Origin: Bugula neritina
Lineage: Eukaryota > Animalia > Bryozoa
Direction: 5' to 3'
NCBI GenBank assembly: GCA_964035545.1
Contig: OZ037766.1
Span: 29,016,440 to 29,080,439, forward strand
DNA length: 64,000 nucleotides
Shown here: piece by piece, positions 49,538 to 64,000 of the stretch
Numbering within the stretch: position 1 is the first letter of the stretch
How the letters are laid out: the number at the start of each line of letters is the position of its first letter
Program-made: the position numbers and the translations under genes
Notes under the pieces: model-generated
Told to the model about the DNA's origin: nothing
Databases searched by the model: none
Seen by the model: the letters and a program-made list of their open reading frames with translations, nothing else

Positions 49538-50150
49538 ATGATTGCTTACAACTATAAATAATGTAATATGTAAATATACACAGTGTTACTAAATGCAACA
49601 CCACCCCTATACCACAGGCAGGCTGTAACTGTAGAAATGTAAAGACATGCCCGCTCCCAGGAGAATGCACCACCCCAAACATTGTGTACCAGGCCAAAGT
49701 ATCCGTCCCATCAAAAGATACGCCGAAACATATGTAGGAATTTCCTCCACTGCATTCAAGGCAAGATACTACAACCACCTTGCTTCTTTCAGACACCCAA
49801 CCAAGCGCTTGCAAACTGAGTTGAGCAAACACATCTGGACCTTAAAAGACAAAGGTCTGGATTTTACCATATCCTGGAAAATTCTCAGAAAAGCTCAACC
49901 ATACAACAACACTAAAAACTGTCAGCTATGCTCATGGGAAAAATTTTTCATTCTTTATAAGCCACAGTTGTCTTCCCTCAATAAGCGCTATGACTTTTTA
50001 TCCATATGCAGACATAGTAGTAAATTTCTACTCAATAATGCTGTAACATAGCCAATTAATTCCAATGCTACCTCTTTGCTATATTTTGATCTTCTAGCTT
50101 TAATCTGTGTATATTTACATATTACATTATTTATAGTTGTAAGCAATCAT

Positions 50151-50217
50151 AGTGGCTAATTTATCTGACGAGTGCACATCGTTCTTGTGTACGAAACTAC
50201 TAGTAATAAATGCCATT
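50151..50217 (+). ncRNA. Type I hammerhead ribozyme
   Basis: Stem I uggc-uaa-uuuau / auaaa-u-gcca; CUGACGA 50165-50171; stem II gugcaca/uguguac; GAAA 50193-50196; short stem III acu-acu-agu; GUA cleavage triplet 50203-50205. Confidence 0.88.
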
Positions 50218-50340
50218 ATATTAATCAAATCTCATTTTACTTCTTCTAATGTTTATGCTCTAGATTTATTTCTATAGAGCACTCTAGTAACGTTTTATAA
50301 ACACTCATTTTACTATATATGTATATATATATATATATAT

Positions 50341-50482
50341 ATATAATGGCATTTATTACTAGTAGTTTCGTACACAAGAACGATGTGCACTCGTCAGATA
50401 AATTAGCCACTAGTGGCTAATTTATCTGACGAGTGCACATCGTTCTTGTGTACGAAACTACTAGTAATAAATGCCATTATAT
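50341..50482. ncRNA. 142-bp palindrome holding two divergent hammerheads (50345-50411 minus, 50412-50478 plus)
   Basis: Axis at agccact|agtggct (50411/50412); cores identical to 50151-50217. The plus arm runs on into pseudo-LTR sequence to about 50575, then (TA)n. Confidence 0.85.
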
Positions 50483-50571
50483 TAATCAAATCTCATTTTA
50501 CTTCTTCTAATGTTTATGCTCTAGATTTATTTCTATAGAGCACTCTAGTAACGTTTTATAAACACTCATTT

Positions 50572-50663
<92 letters not shown>

Positions 50664-50877
50664 ATTTATGAACGGCATCTGTTATATGTTTCGGCTTCTT
50701 ATTTATTCCCATTTGTTCATTAATTAGTGTTTTATTTCAAAATTCAATATTACTAATTTCAACACGTGATCAAGGCATGTATAGTATTATCTCAACACCG
50801 CAGTTACTTATTTAAAAACCATACTATACTAAGTAATCCTATTTGCATTATCTAAAGAAGCTATAAAATCATGTGTC

Positions 50878-51208
<331 letters not shown>

Positions 51209-51268
51209 GTTTATGCTCTAGATTTATTTCTATAGAGCACTCTAGTAACGTTTTATAAACACTCATTT

Positions 51269-51328
<60 letters not shown>

Positions 51329-53349
51329 TAATGCATTCTTTGTTTAAAGCAATTTCTATGCAAGACCAAAATATCTAACTTACTCAAAACTTGTACATTT
51401 GAACTTGAACTTCACTCAATTATTGGGCCTCATGCATCCTATTACTTTTGAATGTACTTTATATTCTTTCTTGAATGTTGTAGATAAACTGTAGTCTACA
51501 TACCGTGATGGAACAGATATAATAATTTATTATTGCATCAACCTGTTGCAGCAGCAATCTTACTGGAAGTCTCAAGCAAACCTCAGCATCGTCGAAGCCA
51601 TATTTTAGTGAGCTGGCAGAATATCTCACGACATAACTTGTGAAGTACAGAAGTAAGAATTAAACATAAAATAACAGTATATGTACAATCATGCGTCCTA
51701 TCGAGAATACAGCTTTTTTTAAGAATTTTTCTGAGAATAATGGTATATATATCAATACTTTAGTTTAATCACTTATGACATAATTAATAGAAATTCTACT
51801 TCTAACTTCATTGTCAAATATTCCCACAGTCCTTGCAACCTTCATAGTAATGAGGCTACTTGACATTTCTATTATTTACATTAGCAAATAGTTTCAGTCT
51901 TGATGTCGATCCTAATGAGGATGCAACTGTATTGACACTTCTATTTTCATCAATAAAATAATCATTTTCTAAGTAGAAACCAAAACTAGTTCTATCTACC
52001 TTAGTAAACTATTTTGCAAGGCCATGATTGAGTTTGACGTAGTAAATTATTTTGCAAGGCCGTTATGAAGTTTGAGTTTCTTCTCCACTGCTTTTCTAAA
52101 ACTTTTAAGCCATACATATATATTCAAACCATTAGTTCCAATCATAATCACTATAAGCATGTCATTTTGTAAATACATCAAGTTGCTGTGCAGTATCTAC
52201 TCTGCAAAACATAAAGTACTGTGTATTCCCTGGTCTGACATCATAATATACTCCTCAACAACTTATTTGTCTGCTTTATAAAGGCTGTAACGTTATATTT
52301 TATTTCTCATTTAAGTATTATACCTAATATACTTATAAGCAAAAATTAAAACTTGAGACAAAAAGCATATTTTGCTTTTTAATTCAGAATGTATTCGCAT
52401 CGAGTTTGCATTAGCATTTTGTTTAATTTGCAATTGAGTTTGAAAAAATATGTTATGTTTTTTAAAATGACATTCACATAGCTATCACATTACATAACAA
52501 AAATGTAAACATTACTTCCAAATGTTTCTATTTGATCAAAATAGGAAACAGGTGCTTTTCTAACACTGTGGGTTTTAAGAGGAAATTTACATAAGTTCTA
52601 TCACGTTACAAAATGACAGTGCTGAACATTATATATAACATCCAGGTGTTTCTATTTATAGATTGTATATTAATAAGGTAGTCAGTTTAAGAAGGAAGCT
52701 CCTATATAGATGTCATCAGCTCACAAAAAAACAGTCAGCAGCATGTTATAGTCACATTCAGTGTTATCTGATTTAATCATCAGTTCTCAGTAGGCTACTT
52801 AAATTTGATCTCCCCTCCCCCCAATAATAGAAATACTTTTACTTAAATTATATTAACTTATTTCAATCAATTAGGTATCCTTTGCTTTTATTTGGGAAGG
52901 TTATGTTCTGCATTTAATTAACTATTTAGTGGACCTGCTGGGAAAGAATCCTTTGCAGGCTTGAAGGTAAAATGATGTTTTTATTGTAAGTAATAAATCA
53001 CAGTGTAGTGCATATATGGTTTATTTCTAGTCTATAAAATTCAACTAGCAAGCAAGCGGATTTACAAAATACAACAAGTTTTTTTAACACGTTTTCAGAA
53101 AAATCTTTAACACAAACAGATGGGTTTGCTTACTAATTTACTACCTACTCTATTTTATAAAACTAATCATAATGTTAATTTTGTGTTCAAGAAGTTTGAC
53201 ATGTTATGCTACTTGATATTTTTGCAAGGTACCATAATGATTTAGAAATGCTGTTTTTGCATGGAACTGTATAGCATATAACACAATGTGTAAGTAGGTC
53301 TTGTATTCTGGTAGATGAAAGCATTAAAGTAATAAAACATTGTGCATCA

Positions 53350-55109
53350 TTATTTAGAACAAACAACACAAGTGAGCTGTTTCATGTCATCATATGGTGG
53401 ACAGTGTCCAATAGTTCCATCTCCAGAGCAATCAGTCCTGACAAAGAAAAACAGAGCTCCATTTGTATTACCACTCATCCCATTGATATACTCAGGGTCT
53501 TCATCTACACACTCATATGTAGTTGGGTGAGGATGATCGTAACGTTGACTCATCAAGTAACCTGAAATGATGTGCAAACAAGATTCAAATGTTACTATAC
53601 CACTACGATTTAGTGAAAGTAAATCTCGATCTACAGATTGGTCAAGATTTCTCCATATATAGCAACGATCAATTTATACATGCATGGTATTATAAAGTGA
53701 ATGCTATCTGTTTGAAGTGGACTATATAGGAACTGCATATGCAATATTCAGAACTAACATCAACATTGAGTAGGTATATATGGATCATTGCAAGCTTAGA
53801 AAAGTGATGCTTTTAATATATGAATAATATGATAACCTTCATACTCCTGTGTCCAACCAGATGGACAAGATCTTCTTGCTGGAATCATCATCAGAGCTGG
53901 TCTATTCTCTGTATAACATCTGGCACATGGTACATTCTGTTGCACAGCTGAATTGCGGAAAATTCCATAGTGGTTTGTTTGATATTCTCCACCATTTATC
54001 GAAGAACCCTCGAAACTACTACCAGTGTATACTTTGTTAAACTGTGGGTTCAGGGGCATGCACTGGTAGTTCACTCCACCTCCAGTGTTTGTATAAAATG
54101 CTCCACCAGCAAATCCTGAGAAAATAAAACTGTGTTCACAAATAAATAGCATCCATTGTCTATATAAACCACTAAATGGTGATCTGAGTAATATAAGTGA
54201 CATAAATAAATGCATTTTTAGCAGCAATTGCTGAATAATATTATCATAATATTTTCCATATACAAGGAAACATTCAGTGATACATCATATTAGCAATCTA
54301 ATTCACCTTCATAAAGTAGAGCTGATTGGGAACCACAAGATTTTCTTCCCCATCTTACATAAACCGCACCTCCTTCAATATGTGACACATTTCCAGGAGC
54401 ACCTGGGGCACCTGTTGGACCCCTCAATCCTGTAAGTCCAGGACTACCAGACAATCCATCTCTTCCTATTTATAAAACAGAACTGAAATCAATTGCTCAT
54501 TGAATCGACACAGAACACTTATATTCTGATCTGAGTGTTTAGTTATAATTCTTAAGTTTCTCGCACCATCACGGCCATCTGCACCATCTTTACCATCATC
54601 TCCATCTTCTCCATTTCTGCCATCTCTACCATCTCTACCATCTTTACCAGCAACACTTCTAATTCCTAATATACACATTAAGACTATATGATTACGAAGA
54701 TAAGAATATATTGCCTTTTGTTATCTTATAATTCCAATATGTTTGCTGTGCACTTTTATCCTGCAATTGCAAGCTCCTGCATGTGAACTAAATGCTCCGG
54801 CTCATACATGTAAATTACACGCAATGTCTTACTTGTTTAATATACATTTTCTATATAAACTGTAATTGACATTCTAATCTTTGTCATGACACCTAAAAAC
54901 TATTTGCCAGATTTAAATAAAAATATAACTAAAGACTTTTTGTCTGTATATAAAAATTTAAGAGCACTACATCATAATTCAAATGAAAAGCTTTTAATTT
55001 CAAAACAATAACTTTTACCATGGGTGTAAAGCTGGCCTAAAACGCTACCGATTCCTTTTTCTCCGTCATTTGCAAGAGATTCTGCAGTTGGCAACGCTCC
55101 ATTAAGTAG
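53350..55109 (-). pseudogene. G7: G2-like copy with open exons 2-6 but exon 1 (ATG, signal peptide, coiled coil) deleted
   Basis: Exons 55109-55019, 54665-54567, 54465-54307, 54115-53837, 53561-53350 are in frame. At about 55300 the sequence jumps from the G2 equivalent of about 11435 to about 12729. Confidence 0.8.
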
Positions 55110-56207
55110 CTTTAAACAAAATAAAAATTTTCAGATACATCTTTTATCTACATGCATGTGTACATTTACAGGGTATGGCTGCGTTAATTGCTTTGATCTT
55201 AGTTATTACAAGCACTGCAAAAATAAACATAATTAACTGCTATGAAATACAATGTATTTAAAAGCTAAACATTTTTAGCTTTAGATACAGAAATTTGCTG
55301 AAACCTGTTAGCCGTTGCAATTTTGAGCAATAGCTAATGATGTTTGACCTGAGTAAAACAAGTTGTACAAAAAAACTACAATATTGCTTCATATAAACCA
55401 GACAAACCTTTTTCAACAGTCTTCATCTTTGTGTTATTCCCTGTGACTGTCTGATAGTCTGCAAGGTTTGCCTAAAATATGTATAATAGATATTCTATAG
55501 TGAAGCTGACACGAAGATCTGATTGGCTGATCTGTCCAAAACACAGCAACAAGTTAAATAGCAGAAAAATTGGAATGCTGTTACTCCAGTTACATAAATT
55601 AGCCAATCAATGAAAGGTAACTTCAATAAATGCGCAATTTTTGTATATTGAATATTGACATTAATGTCTCACAAAAGCCTTGAATCTATTAAGAAGTTGT
55701 AACTCCTTGACTAAACTTTATATCCATATACACAAAGTGACCATAACTCCTTAACTATACTCTACATATTCATACAAGGTGACCATAACTCCCGGACTGC
55801 AATATACATATTTATACAAGGTGACCATAAATCATAAATTCCTTGCTATTTCACCATAACTTCCTGTCTAAATAATACATATGGATTGAATAGTGGTATA
55901 ACAACTTACAGCATTGAGACTGTTTTGTAGACACTGAATTTTGTTTTATATTCAACTTTCCAAGAATAACCAGTTAAACTATATTAATTACCGCTCTAAC
56001 TAGTCAATCTTATTTCTATATACACAGCCCCCAGTCATGGGGACTTCTAGAATAAATTGTATATCTTAAAACTGTTTTGTAAGATTTTACAGATTATAAA
56101 TAATTTAATTGCTAGTTTGTCAATAATTATAGCTTAAAGGAAAAGCTTTTTTTTATTTTTACAGTTGCATTTCAAGCTGATATTATGTCAAAGCTTTGGA
56201 AATACTA

Positions 56208-56694
<487 letters not shown>

Positions 56695-56777
56695 TGTGCC
56701 TGAGGAGTGCCGAAGAGGCATGAAACTATTAATAGTGCAATAAAACAACATCTATATAATTAAATTGCTCTTTTCCT

Positions 56778-56836
<59 letters not shown>

Positions 56837-58030
56837 TTTCATATACCTTACAGGACACTCTCTGCTTGTTTATTAAACCACAAGGAGTTAACTTCTTTGC
56901 TTAATTATTTCCGAATCTACCAAATTACTACAGTGTGCTTGAAAATTTCCCAAATGGCTGTTAGCTTTTAAAATTTTAAGACGACTGTGCAATAAAATCG
57001 TAAAACATCCAGGTATTTCTATTCAACTGCATGTATCTTTCCAAATATTACATTTGTATATTACATAATGACAATGTAGAACATATACATCCAGGTGTTT
57101 CTATTAGACTGTATATTGAGGTATTCAGTTAAAGAAGGAAGTTCCTCGTTCATATCAGCTCATAGAATAACTAATAATCATCAGTATTCAGTCACATTCA
57201 GTGTTATCTGATTCAATCATCAGTTCTGAGTACAAGTTTATTATCAGAATAATACAAATATTTCATTCTTTTCATGTAAACTCATGTAAACTAATTCTAT
57301 GTATGCTATGCTTTTATGTCATTGCTTTTGTGACTAAATTTGTTGATGCTAGGAATTAGCTGCATTTAATTTGTAACGATATCAGTTGCGTGTGTTTAAA
57401 ACCTTTTCAATACTGCATATAATCATGGCACTTGTACTGTCATCAGTGTGCAATAGTAAAATCTAAAATGTTTTATTTGCAATAAAATTGCTAGTGCAAT
57501 AGTCTGTGTTTTTTTAACATTGTCCATACAAATAATTTTACATAACCATTTTACTGTCGTAATTTTACAATCGGTTGGTGCTGAGTAAGTGAAATCTAAA
57601 ATGTTGAATTTCCAATAAAATTAATAGTGGAATATAGGCTGTGTTCTTTGTCTAAAGTCTATAAAACAACCACTGTTTAATTTTTAAACCTTCAAGCTAT
57701 TTGAGGAAAGCTAAAAATCAAGAGGTCTTTAGTAGTAATATGATTTGTATGTCTGGGCCTATAACCGTGTAAATTAATAAGAAGAAACTAAAATGTATAA
57801 GTAGTTCATTTCAATATGTTTTTGTTTTTTTTTGCTATATTTATTTGTGCTACTAATTTTAGAAATTCTTCAATCTTACATATGTGTAGATCTCTACGAA
57901 ATAGTATGTAATATATATGATTATGATTAGTTCAACTACTCAAGAATTAGATGAGAAAAACAGTTGTTATAGCATAATACACTTATCTAATTTTAAAAAA
58001 CCTTTTCCACTTTTGTCATCACAAAGCCGT

Positions 58031-61000
58031 TTATTTAGAACAAACAACACAAGTTAGCTGTTTCTTGTCATAATATGGTGGACAGTGTCCAGTAGCTCCA
58101 TCTCCAGAGCAATCAGTTCTGACGAAGTAGAACAGAGCTCCATTTGCGTCACCATTCATCCCAGGGACATATTCAGGATATTGATCTACACACTCGTATG
58201 TAGTTGGATGAGAATGGGTATAGTGTTCTGTCATGAGGTAACCTGAAAAATATTTTATAGCGGAGTTTTAAAACTCACTATAATTTCTACTGATAGTAGT
58301 AAGAGCTGGCCTTTACATTTTCTGGAAGAATTCATACTTATATTTGGTCTAATTTTTATATGAAAGCACTACTTCCGCAAGCATGATAATGCATGAGGTT
58401 TGAGATCAAAATTTTTTATTTATTCACTACATATCATATTATCAAACCAGTTATGTAATACCTGATAAATTCATAACCTACTGAATAAATGAGATGATAT
58501 TTATGATTTTTGTTAATGGCTCAACAACAAATTTTATTGCTTTTCAGTGCTGATTCATCGCCATCAATGCAGCACAATGCTATAGTTGTTAATTAATATG
58601 ATAGTTTATTTTTAATGAGAGGTTTTACTTCAACATAAAAGTAGTCTTTCACATGAATCAATTGTGTAATTTGCGCAGTTCAAACAATTACTTATGAAGA
58701 ATTCCTCAGGATATGGATCATTATTCCGAAGGCCCATTGCTTCGAAAGTTCATTAGTCCAAAAATATTTGCCTAGTACACACTAACTGAGGCAAGTTGTT
58801 ATTCAAGTTACACCATAATATATTATTACAATAGAAGTAGAATATAGCTTTTGGAATCATTGATACTATTGCACAGCTCTTTTAAAATTAGGCTCTTATA
58901 CTATATGCATGAATGGGAATATATAAATCAAGCTTTTTGTGCCATCATAATTGCATGCATTATATAGACTGAGCTTCTATAATGTAATTTAGAATTTAGG
59001 CTGAATATTTAATGCCAAGTTATATAATTTATGTTGGTGGACGGCAATGCAAATAGTGAAAAGATCAAAAATAAAAATAAAGCACTAGCAAATAATTGTT
59101 CAAGTAAAAAGTTTCGTTTATACCTCTGCTGAAAAAAGTACCGATTTTAAGTTAATAATGCTTGTCCGGGTACCCCTTTATAGTCAAACTGAAACTCGTT
59201 GAAATCATATTATTGATGCGGTTGCTCACTTTCTGAAATTGAAATTTGACTCGGATAATAGCTATTTGATGCCCTTTGTAAACGTTGTGAATTAGTGAAG
59301 CGGAAAGCATAAAAGCGATAATTGAGAAGGCGTAGGCTATATAATTATAACCGTACTAGTACGTTGTCTAATCGCCAAAGTAATAACTAAATAACGATGT
59401 TTACAAGGAGTTATTACTCCTATTCTAAAATTGGCTGATTAAGTTATCACAGTACAAAAATTTCAACGAGTGGCTTTTACAATGCAATGCAACTCGGAGA
59501 AATTTCAACCCGGCCAAATTGAATTTTTGACCGAAAATCGTGAAGGTATAAACGCAACTAAAACATTACTTTGCTTTTTTGACCAATTACAATTCAACAC
59601 CTCCGGGCCTACAAAACAAAGCCAATAACAGTTTTATTTTATTAAGCAACCAGATTTGGAGCGATGGGCCTTTGGAATATTGACTAGTCACTTATTTCCT
59701 CAAAACCACGGACTTACAAACTATGACATTGCATGGTAATTTGCACTGAACTTAAAATTTCTAATAAGCTGAATGGTAGTGGTGAATAATATTTGAAATA
59801 AATAAGAGCATTGAGTATAGGTAATTTAATTACTGCAAACTTACATGAGCAATAATAATTTATTTACCTTCATACTCTTTAGTCCACCCAGACGGACAAA
59901 ATCTTTTAGCTGGAATCATCATCAGAGCTGGTCTGTTCTCTGTATAACATCTGGCACATGGTACATTCTGATTATGAGTTGTACTGGAAAATATTCCATA
60001 ACTATAAGATTGATATTCTGTGCCACAAATTGAAGAGCCCTCAGAAATGCCACTAGTGTAAGCTTTGTTATACTGTGGGTTCAGGGGCATGCACTGGTAG
60101 TTAACTCCACCTCCTGTGCCTTTATAATATACTCCACCAGCAAATCCTGAGAAAATAAAACTGTTTCTATAATATGTTTGTACAAATAATTAGTAAAAAT
60201 TACTTAATCAGTTCAACACCCAAGAAGTTTCACATTGTGTGCAATAAGTTGCTTAGAAGTGAGTCTCAATTCGTGTTGCCATATGTTTAAAAAATCAAAC
60301 CTTCACCCCCTGTTCACACATTGCCGTATTGTACGCCGTAATGTAAAATATTAGTAATCTTTAATGTGTCAGGGCTGAAGTTTACAAAGTCTGCTATTAG
60401 GTAACATATAAGACTTTTCATTTGCCAATTTTATCCAATGAGCTGACGCGAAAGTTTTTCTATCCAATAGGAATTCGCCGCAACTAGTTTGAATCAAGCA
60501 GTGCTTGATCCATCTCGTAGCACTGTACAAGAACCTCAGACATTTGTAAAAATTGCTGATATTTTACGTTACGGCGTACGATACGGTGATGTGTGAACAC
60601 ATAATAATAGCAATCTAATTCACCTGCATAAAGTAAAGCTGATTGAGAACCACAAGATTTTCTTCCCCATCTTACGTAAACAGCACCTCCTTCAACATGT
60701 GCAACATTGCCAGGAGCACCCTTCACTCCTTTCATGCCAGAAACACCTTTTACTCCTTTGAGACCAGCTGCACCTGTAGCACCTTTTGCTCCAGGATTTC
60801 CATTTTTCCCAGGTATTCCAGAAACTCCTTGAGCTCCATTAACACCAGGTAAGCCAGAAATACCAGGTGATCCTGAATCTCCTTTAGCTCCTTTAGACCC
60901 AGGAGCCCCTGTTGGACCTGTAAGTCCAGGACTACCGGGTAGCCCATCTCTCCCTATTTATTAAACAGAAACGAAAACAATTATATGCCAAAACATTTAC

Positions 61001-63154
61001 TTATAAAATTGGCAGAAAAAACATTTGCATCCTGATACAACTTTTAGTTGCATGGTATATAAGTCAAGTTTATCTCACCATCACGACCATTTGCACCATC
61101 TTTACCATCTTTACCATCATCTCCATTTTTACCATATTCTCCATCTCTACCATCTCTACCATCTCTACCATCTTTACCATCTTTACCATCTTTACCAGCA
61201 ACACCTCTAACTCCTGACACACATTTAAAATAATATATGATCACAAAAGTAAGAATATAGCCTTCTAATGTCCTACAATGGATTAATGCAGGGATGTCCA
61301 ACCTTTTTGGAGTGAGGGCTACTACAATGAAACCCTTCTTGGCAAGGGCCACATTGTAAAATTTACCTAGAGTTAGGGGATACAGCGTCAGTATTTTTCA
61401 AATAACTTAATTCCAAATTTCTATAAGTCATTACGCAATGAAGTCCCAGTAGTTACTGCAGACTGCATGCTTTTAGCATAATATGTAAAAACAAGACATT
61501 TAAAAGGTGTCTTCGCACTGTAATTCATATATACGGTATGGAAAATAATTTTATGTGTTATGCCTTTGAGGGCACATGAAATGTAGGGGGGGGGGGCTGG
61601 ACTTGGGGCCTTCTGTTGGACAGCCCTGTGTTAATGCATAGCACTTTTATTGTGCAAATACAAGCGCCTGAAACAATATAGCATTTTACAAAAACAAGAT
61701 TTTACAGAATTAGAATGTTACAAATATCCCCAGCTGTATTATACAATCAAATAATTAACATGCAAACATATACTTTTGATATAAAAATTTTTGTTTATAA
61801 TTTCTTTCATTTTGCGTATATAATTGATGTAATAAAATATGTATAAACTTGACCTGTTAAATCTTTTAAAAATATAAACCTGAAAATATAGTTTTGTTGC
61901 TCAAACTTTAATTGGCTAATTACTTCTTGTGACTACAATTGGTTAAAAGCCACTTTTTTATATAAACCTTTCCCTATAAAAATCTCAATATTTTTCATGA
62001 AATCAATAAAGCTGCTGGTTAAACCAGAAAACATAATCAAAGTAAAACTAGCTCGTCTATAATATAAAACTTAAAAAGCCTCTAATTCAAAAGTTATAAT
62101 TTTTACCATAGATGCACAGCTGATCTAGAAAATTATCAACTTCCTTTTCTTCCTCTTTTTCAAGAGAATCTGCAGTTGGCAACTTTCCATTGAGTAACTA
62201 TAATAAATAATATTACTGGTTCAATAATTGCCTTCATCTACATTAATGGTGTTTGGGGTTGCAATTATGGTTACATCATGTATGAGTTATATCCCAGCTA
62301 TCAATAGTACACAAAATACTCCATTAAACTACTTGTAATTACAATGTATTGTAAAGCTAAATATTTTCAACTCTAGATATCAATTGACTGAGATAATTTG
62401 GCCAGAATTAATACAAAAATCTAACATAATTTTAATATTTTCTACTTGTAAATAATAAATAGAAAGCCTTGCGAAACAGCTCAGCCAATCAACACTCAGA
62501 AAACAATCAATGGAATTGGCGCAATAGTAAACAGAATGCTTTGCACTCGATATGCTGAATGCTAAGTGAGAGCCTTCTAAAACCAGACAGCTGTGACGTG
62601 ACAGTCAAGGAAAGCGTAACACATTAGCAGTGATGAGTGCTTACTTTTAGCTACAGTGTGAATGAGAATAATGTGGGGGAAAGTGCAAAAGCAGAAATAT
62701 TATGTATGTACTACTTTAATTGTTAGCAAAGACAACTCTTAAGCTAAAATAATGATTAACCCACTTTATGTATATTATATATATAATGTTATTATACACT
62801 TACAACATGCAGTAGTGAAAGTGTTGTGTGTTGTTGGGAAGTTATCTGCTCCTGTTGTCTTTCTACCAGCAGCTGCAGCTCTCCTATCTGCAGCTGTTGT
62901 CCATCATTCTGCTGTTGCTGCTCTTTATTCTGAAGATGGTGATTCTCTACCTGCTGCTGCAGCTTCTCAATTTGTATTTGCTGACTTTCATTCTGCTGCC
63001 TAAAAGCCTCTGTTAGTGCTTCCAACTTATTTTGTTGTTCCTCCAGAAACTCTTTAATATCTTCAGCAGTACCACTGGGTATCCCCTCAGAAGAGTGAAC
63101 TAGCAGTGTACTTAGTGTTATTAAGAGGTAAACTACAACATAATATACCAACAT
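58031..63154 (-). CDS. G8: secreted short-chain collagen C4-like protein, long-collagen type (465 aa; 43 triplets)
   Basis: Exons 63154-62804, 62197-62107, 61213-61079, 60953-60624, 60146-59868, 58242-58031; 1398 nt in frame; three intronic TE insertions. Confidence 0.88.
58709..59693. mobile_element. Non-autonomous TIR element in G8 intron 5, Mutator-like
   Basis: Degenerate inverted ends (tcattattccgaaggcccattgcttcgaa / tttggagcgatgggcctttggaatattga) and a near-perfect 9-bp flanking duplication aattcctca / atttcctca. Confidence 0.6.
60311..60599. mobile_element. MITE in G8 intron 4
   Basis: About 45-bp imperfect TIRs tgttcacacattgccgtattgtacgccgtaa / ttacggcgtacgatacggtgatgtgtgaaca; absent from G4 and G6. 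Confidence 0.8.
61289..61628. mobile_element. hAT-type MITE in G8 intron 2
   Basis: TIRs cagggatgtccaac / gttggacagccctg. Flanking 8-mers gattaatg / tgttaatg. Empty site tgttaata in G6. Confidence 0.8.
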
Positions 63155-63689
63155 GTGTTTGATAGTCTTCAGTCAATTAACATGATATTCTGATATATAA
63201 ACAAGCTTGAAAATAATTCCCCCTGAGGTCAACAAAGTGCATTGTAGAAACCACAGCATCATTCCAGATAGAAACTTCTCAGCTATACATGCAAAGGTTC
63301 TCACACTGAGCTATTCATTTAGCTTTGTATATAATATATTATGTATTCTGTGTGGAGTTCGGTTTTTGGGAAGGGTCTAACTAGGAAGCAATTATCTGGA
63401 TGAAACCGACATCACTTCTATACAATATATAGTAGAAAAACTTTATTATATGTTTATTGGTAAAGGCTAGATTTTTGTCACTACCAGTTCTTAGTATTTG
63501 GATTTATATATAAGGGAGTTTTATTAATCTAATTTTTTTCTGTAAATTGAATTTGTTTTTATCGTTTAAATATACAATCAGTCTATATGTTTGTGATAAT
63601 ACAAAATTGTTATTACCAGGAGAGTAGTAACTGATGACATTGTTCATGTATATATAGTTATATGTTTGGAAGATATAGACAAGCTGTAC

Positions 63690-63930
63690 AAAAACTACAA
63701 TTATTACATATAAACCAGACAAACCTTTTTCAACAGTCTTCATCTTTGTGTCATTCTCCGTCACTGTGTGATAGTCTGTAAGGTTTGCCAAAATATTTAT
63801 AATAGATTTTCTATAGTGAAGCCGACACAAAGATCTGATTGGCTGGTCTGTCCAGAATACAGCAACAAATTAAATAGCAGAAAAAATTGGAACGTCATTA
63901 CTCCAGTTGCATAAATTAGCCAATGAAAGA
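63690..63930 (-). promoter_or_regulatory. Shared upstream module of G8
   Basis: Same CCAAT / tatagaa / donor block as in the other copies. Confidence 0.55.
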
Positions 63931-64000
63931 TAACTTTAATAAATGCACAATTGTTGTAGATTGAATATTGACATTAATGTCTCACAAAAGCCCTGAATCT

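Larger units (their letters stand above)
49438..50317 (+). mobile_element. 5'-truncated Penelope-like element (Naiad-type endonuclease) with inverted pseudo-LTR
   Basis: From 49621: CNC...CPLPGECTTPNIVYQAKV, then a frameshift, then TYVG...FKARYYNH..SF...TELSKHIW.LK...ISWKI...CQLCSWEK...LNKR...CRH (ends 50051). 49438-49583 is the reverse complement of 50105-50250. (TA)n on both sides. Confidence 0.8.

Overview
AT-rich, intron-containing animal (invertebrate-type) DNA. Most of the window is a head-to-tail tandem array, all on the minus strand, of one six-coding-exon gene family. Each gene encodes a signal peptide, a Gln-rich heptad coiled coil, an acidic linker, a short Gly-X-Y collagen and a C-terminal domain with the motifs of the short-chain collagen C4 / spongin short-chain collagen-related NC1 family (YVRWGRKSC, GGGVNYQCMP, NVPCARC, MMIPA..CP.GW..EYEGYLM, YECVD, CPPY, LTCVVCSK). 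I number copies left to right. Five are intact (G2, G3, G4, G6, G8). Three are damaged: G1 (frameshift plus nonsense), G5 (decayed), G7 (exon 1 deleted). There are also orphan remnants, and the 5' flank of a further copy (G0) at the left edge. The copies differ in modular ways: coiled-coil length in whole heptads, collagen length in whole triplets (17-47), and NC1 substitutions clustered in a few aromatic-rich segments that appear shuffled between paralogs. This suggests a diversifying secreted recognition or matrix system, which is an inference. Interspersed elements: a Penelope-type retroelement with inverted pseudo-LTRs and a minimal hammerhead core in G4 intron 1; a second Penelope-like fragment with six hammerhead ribozymes in three inverted pairs; an intact two-ORF CR1/L2-group LINE; a decayed BEL/Pao element; several MITEs; and long purine-pyrimidine microsatellites. 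All coordinates were read by eye and no database searches were run.
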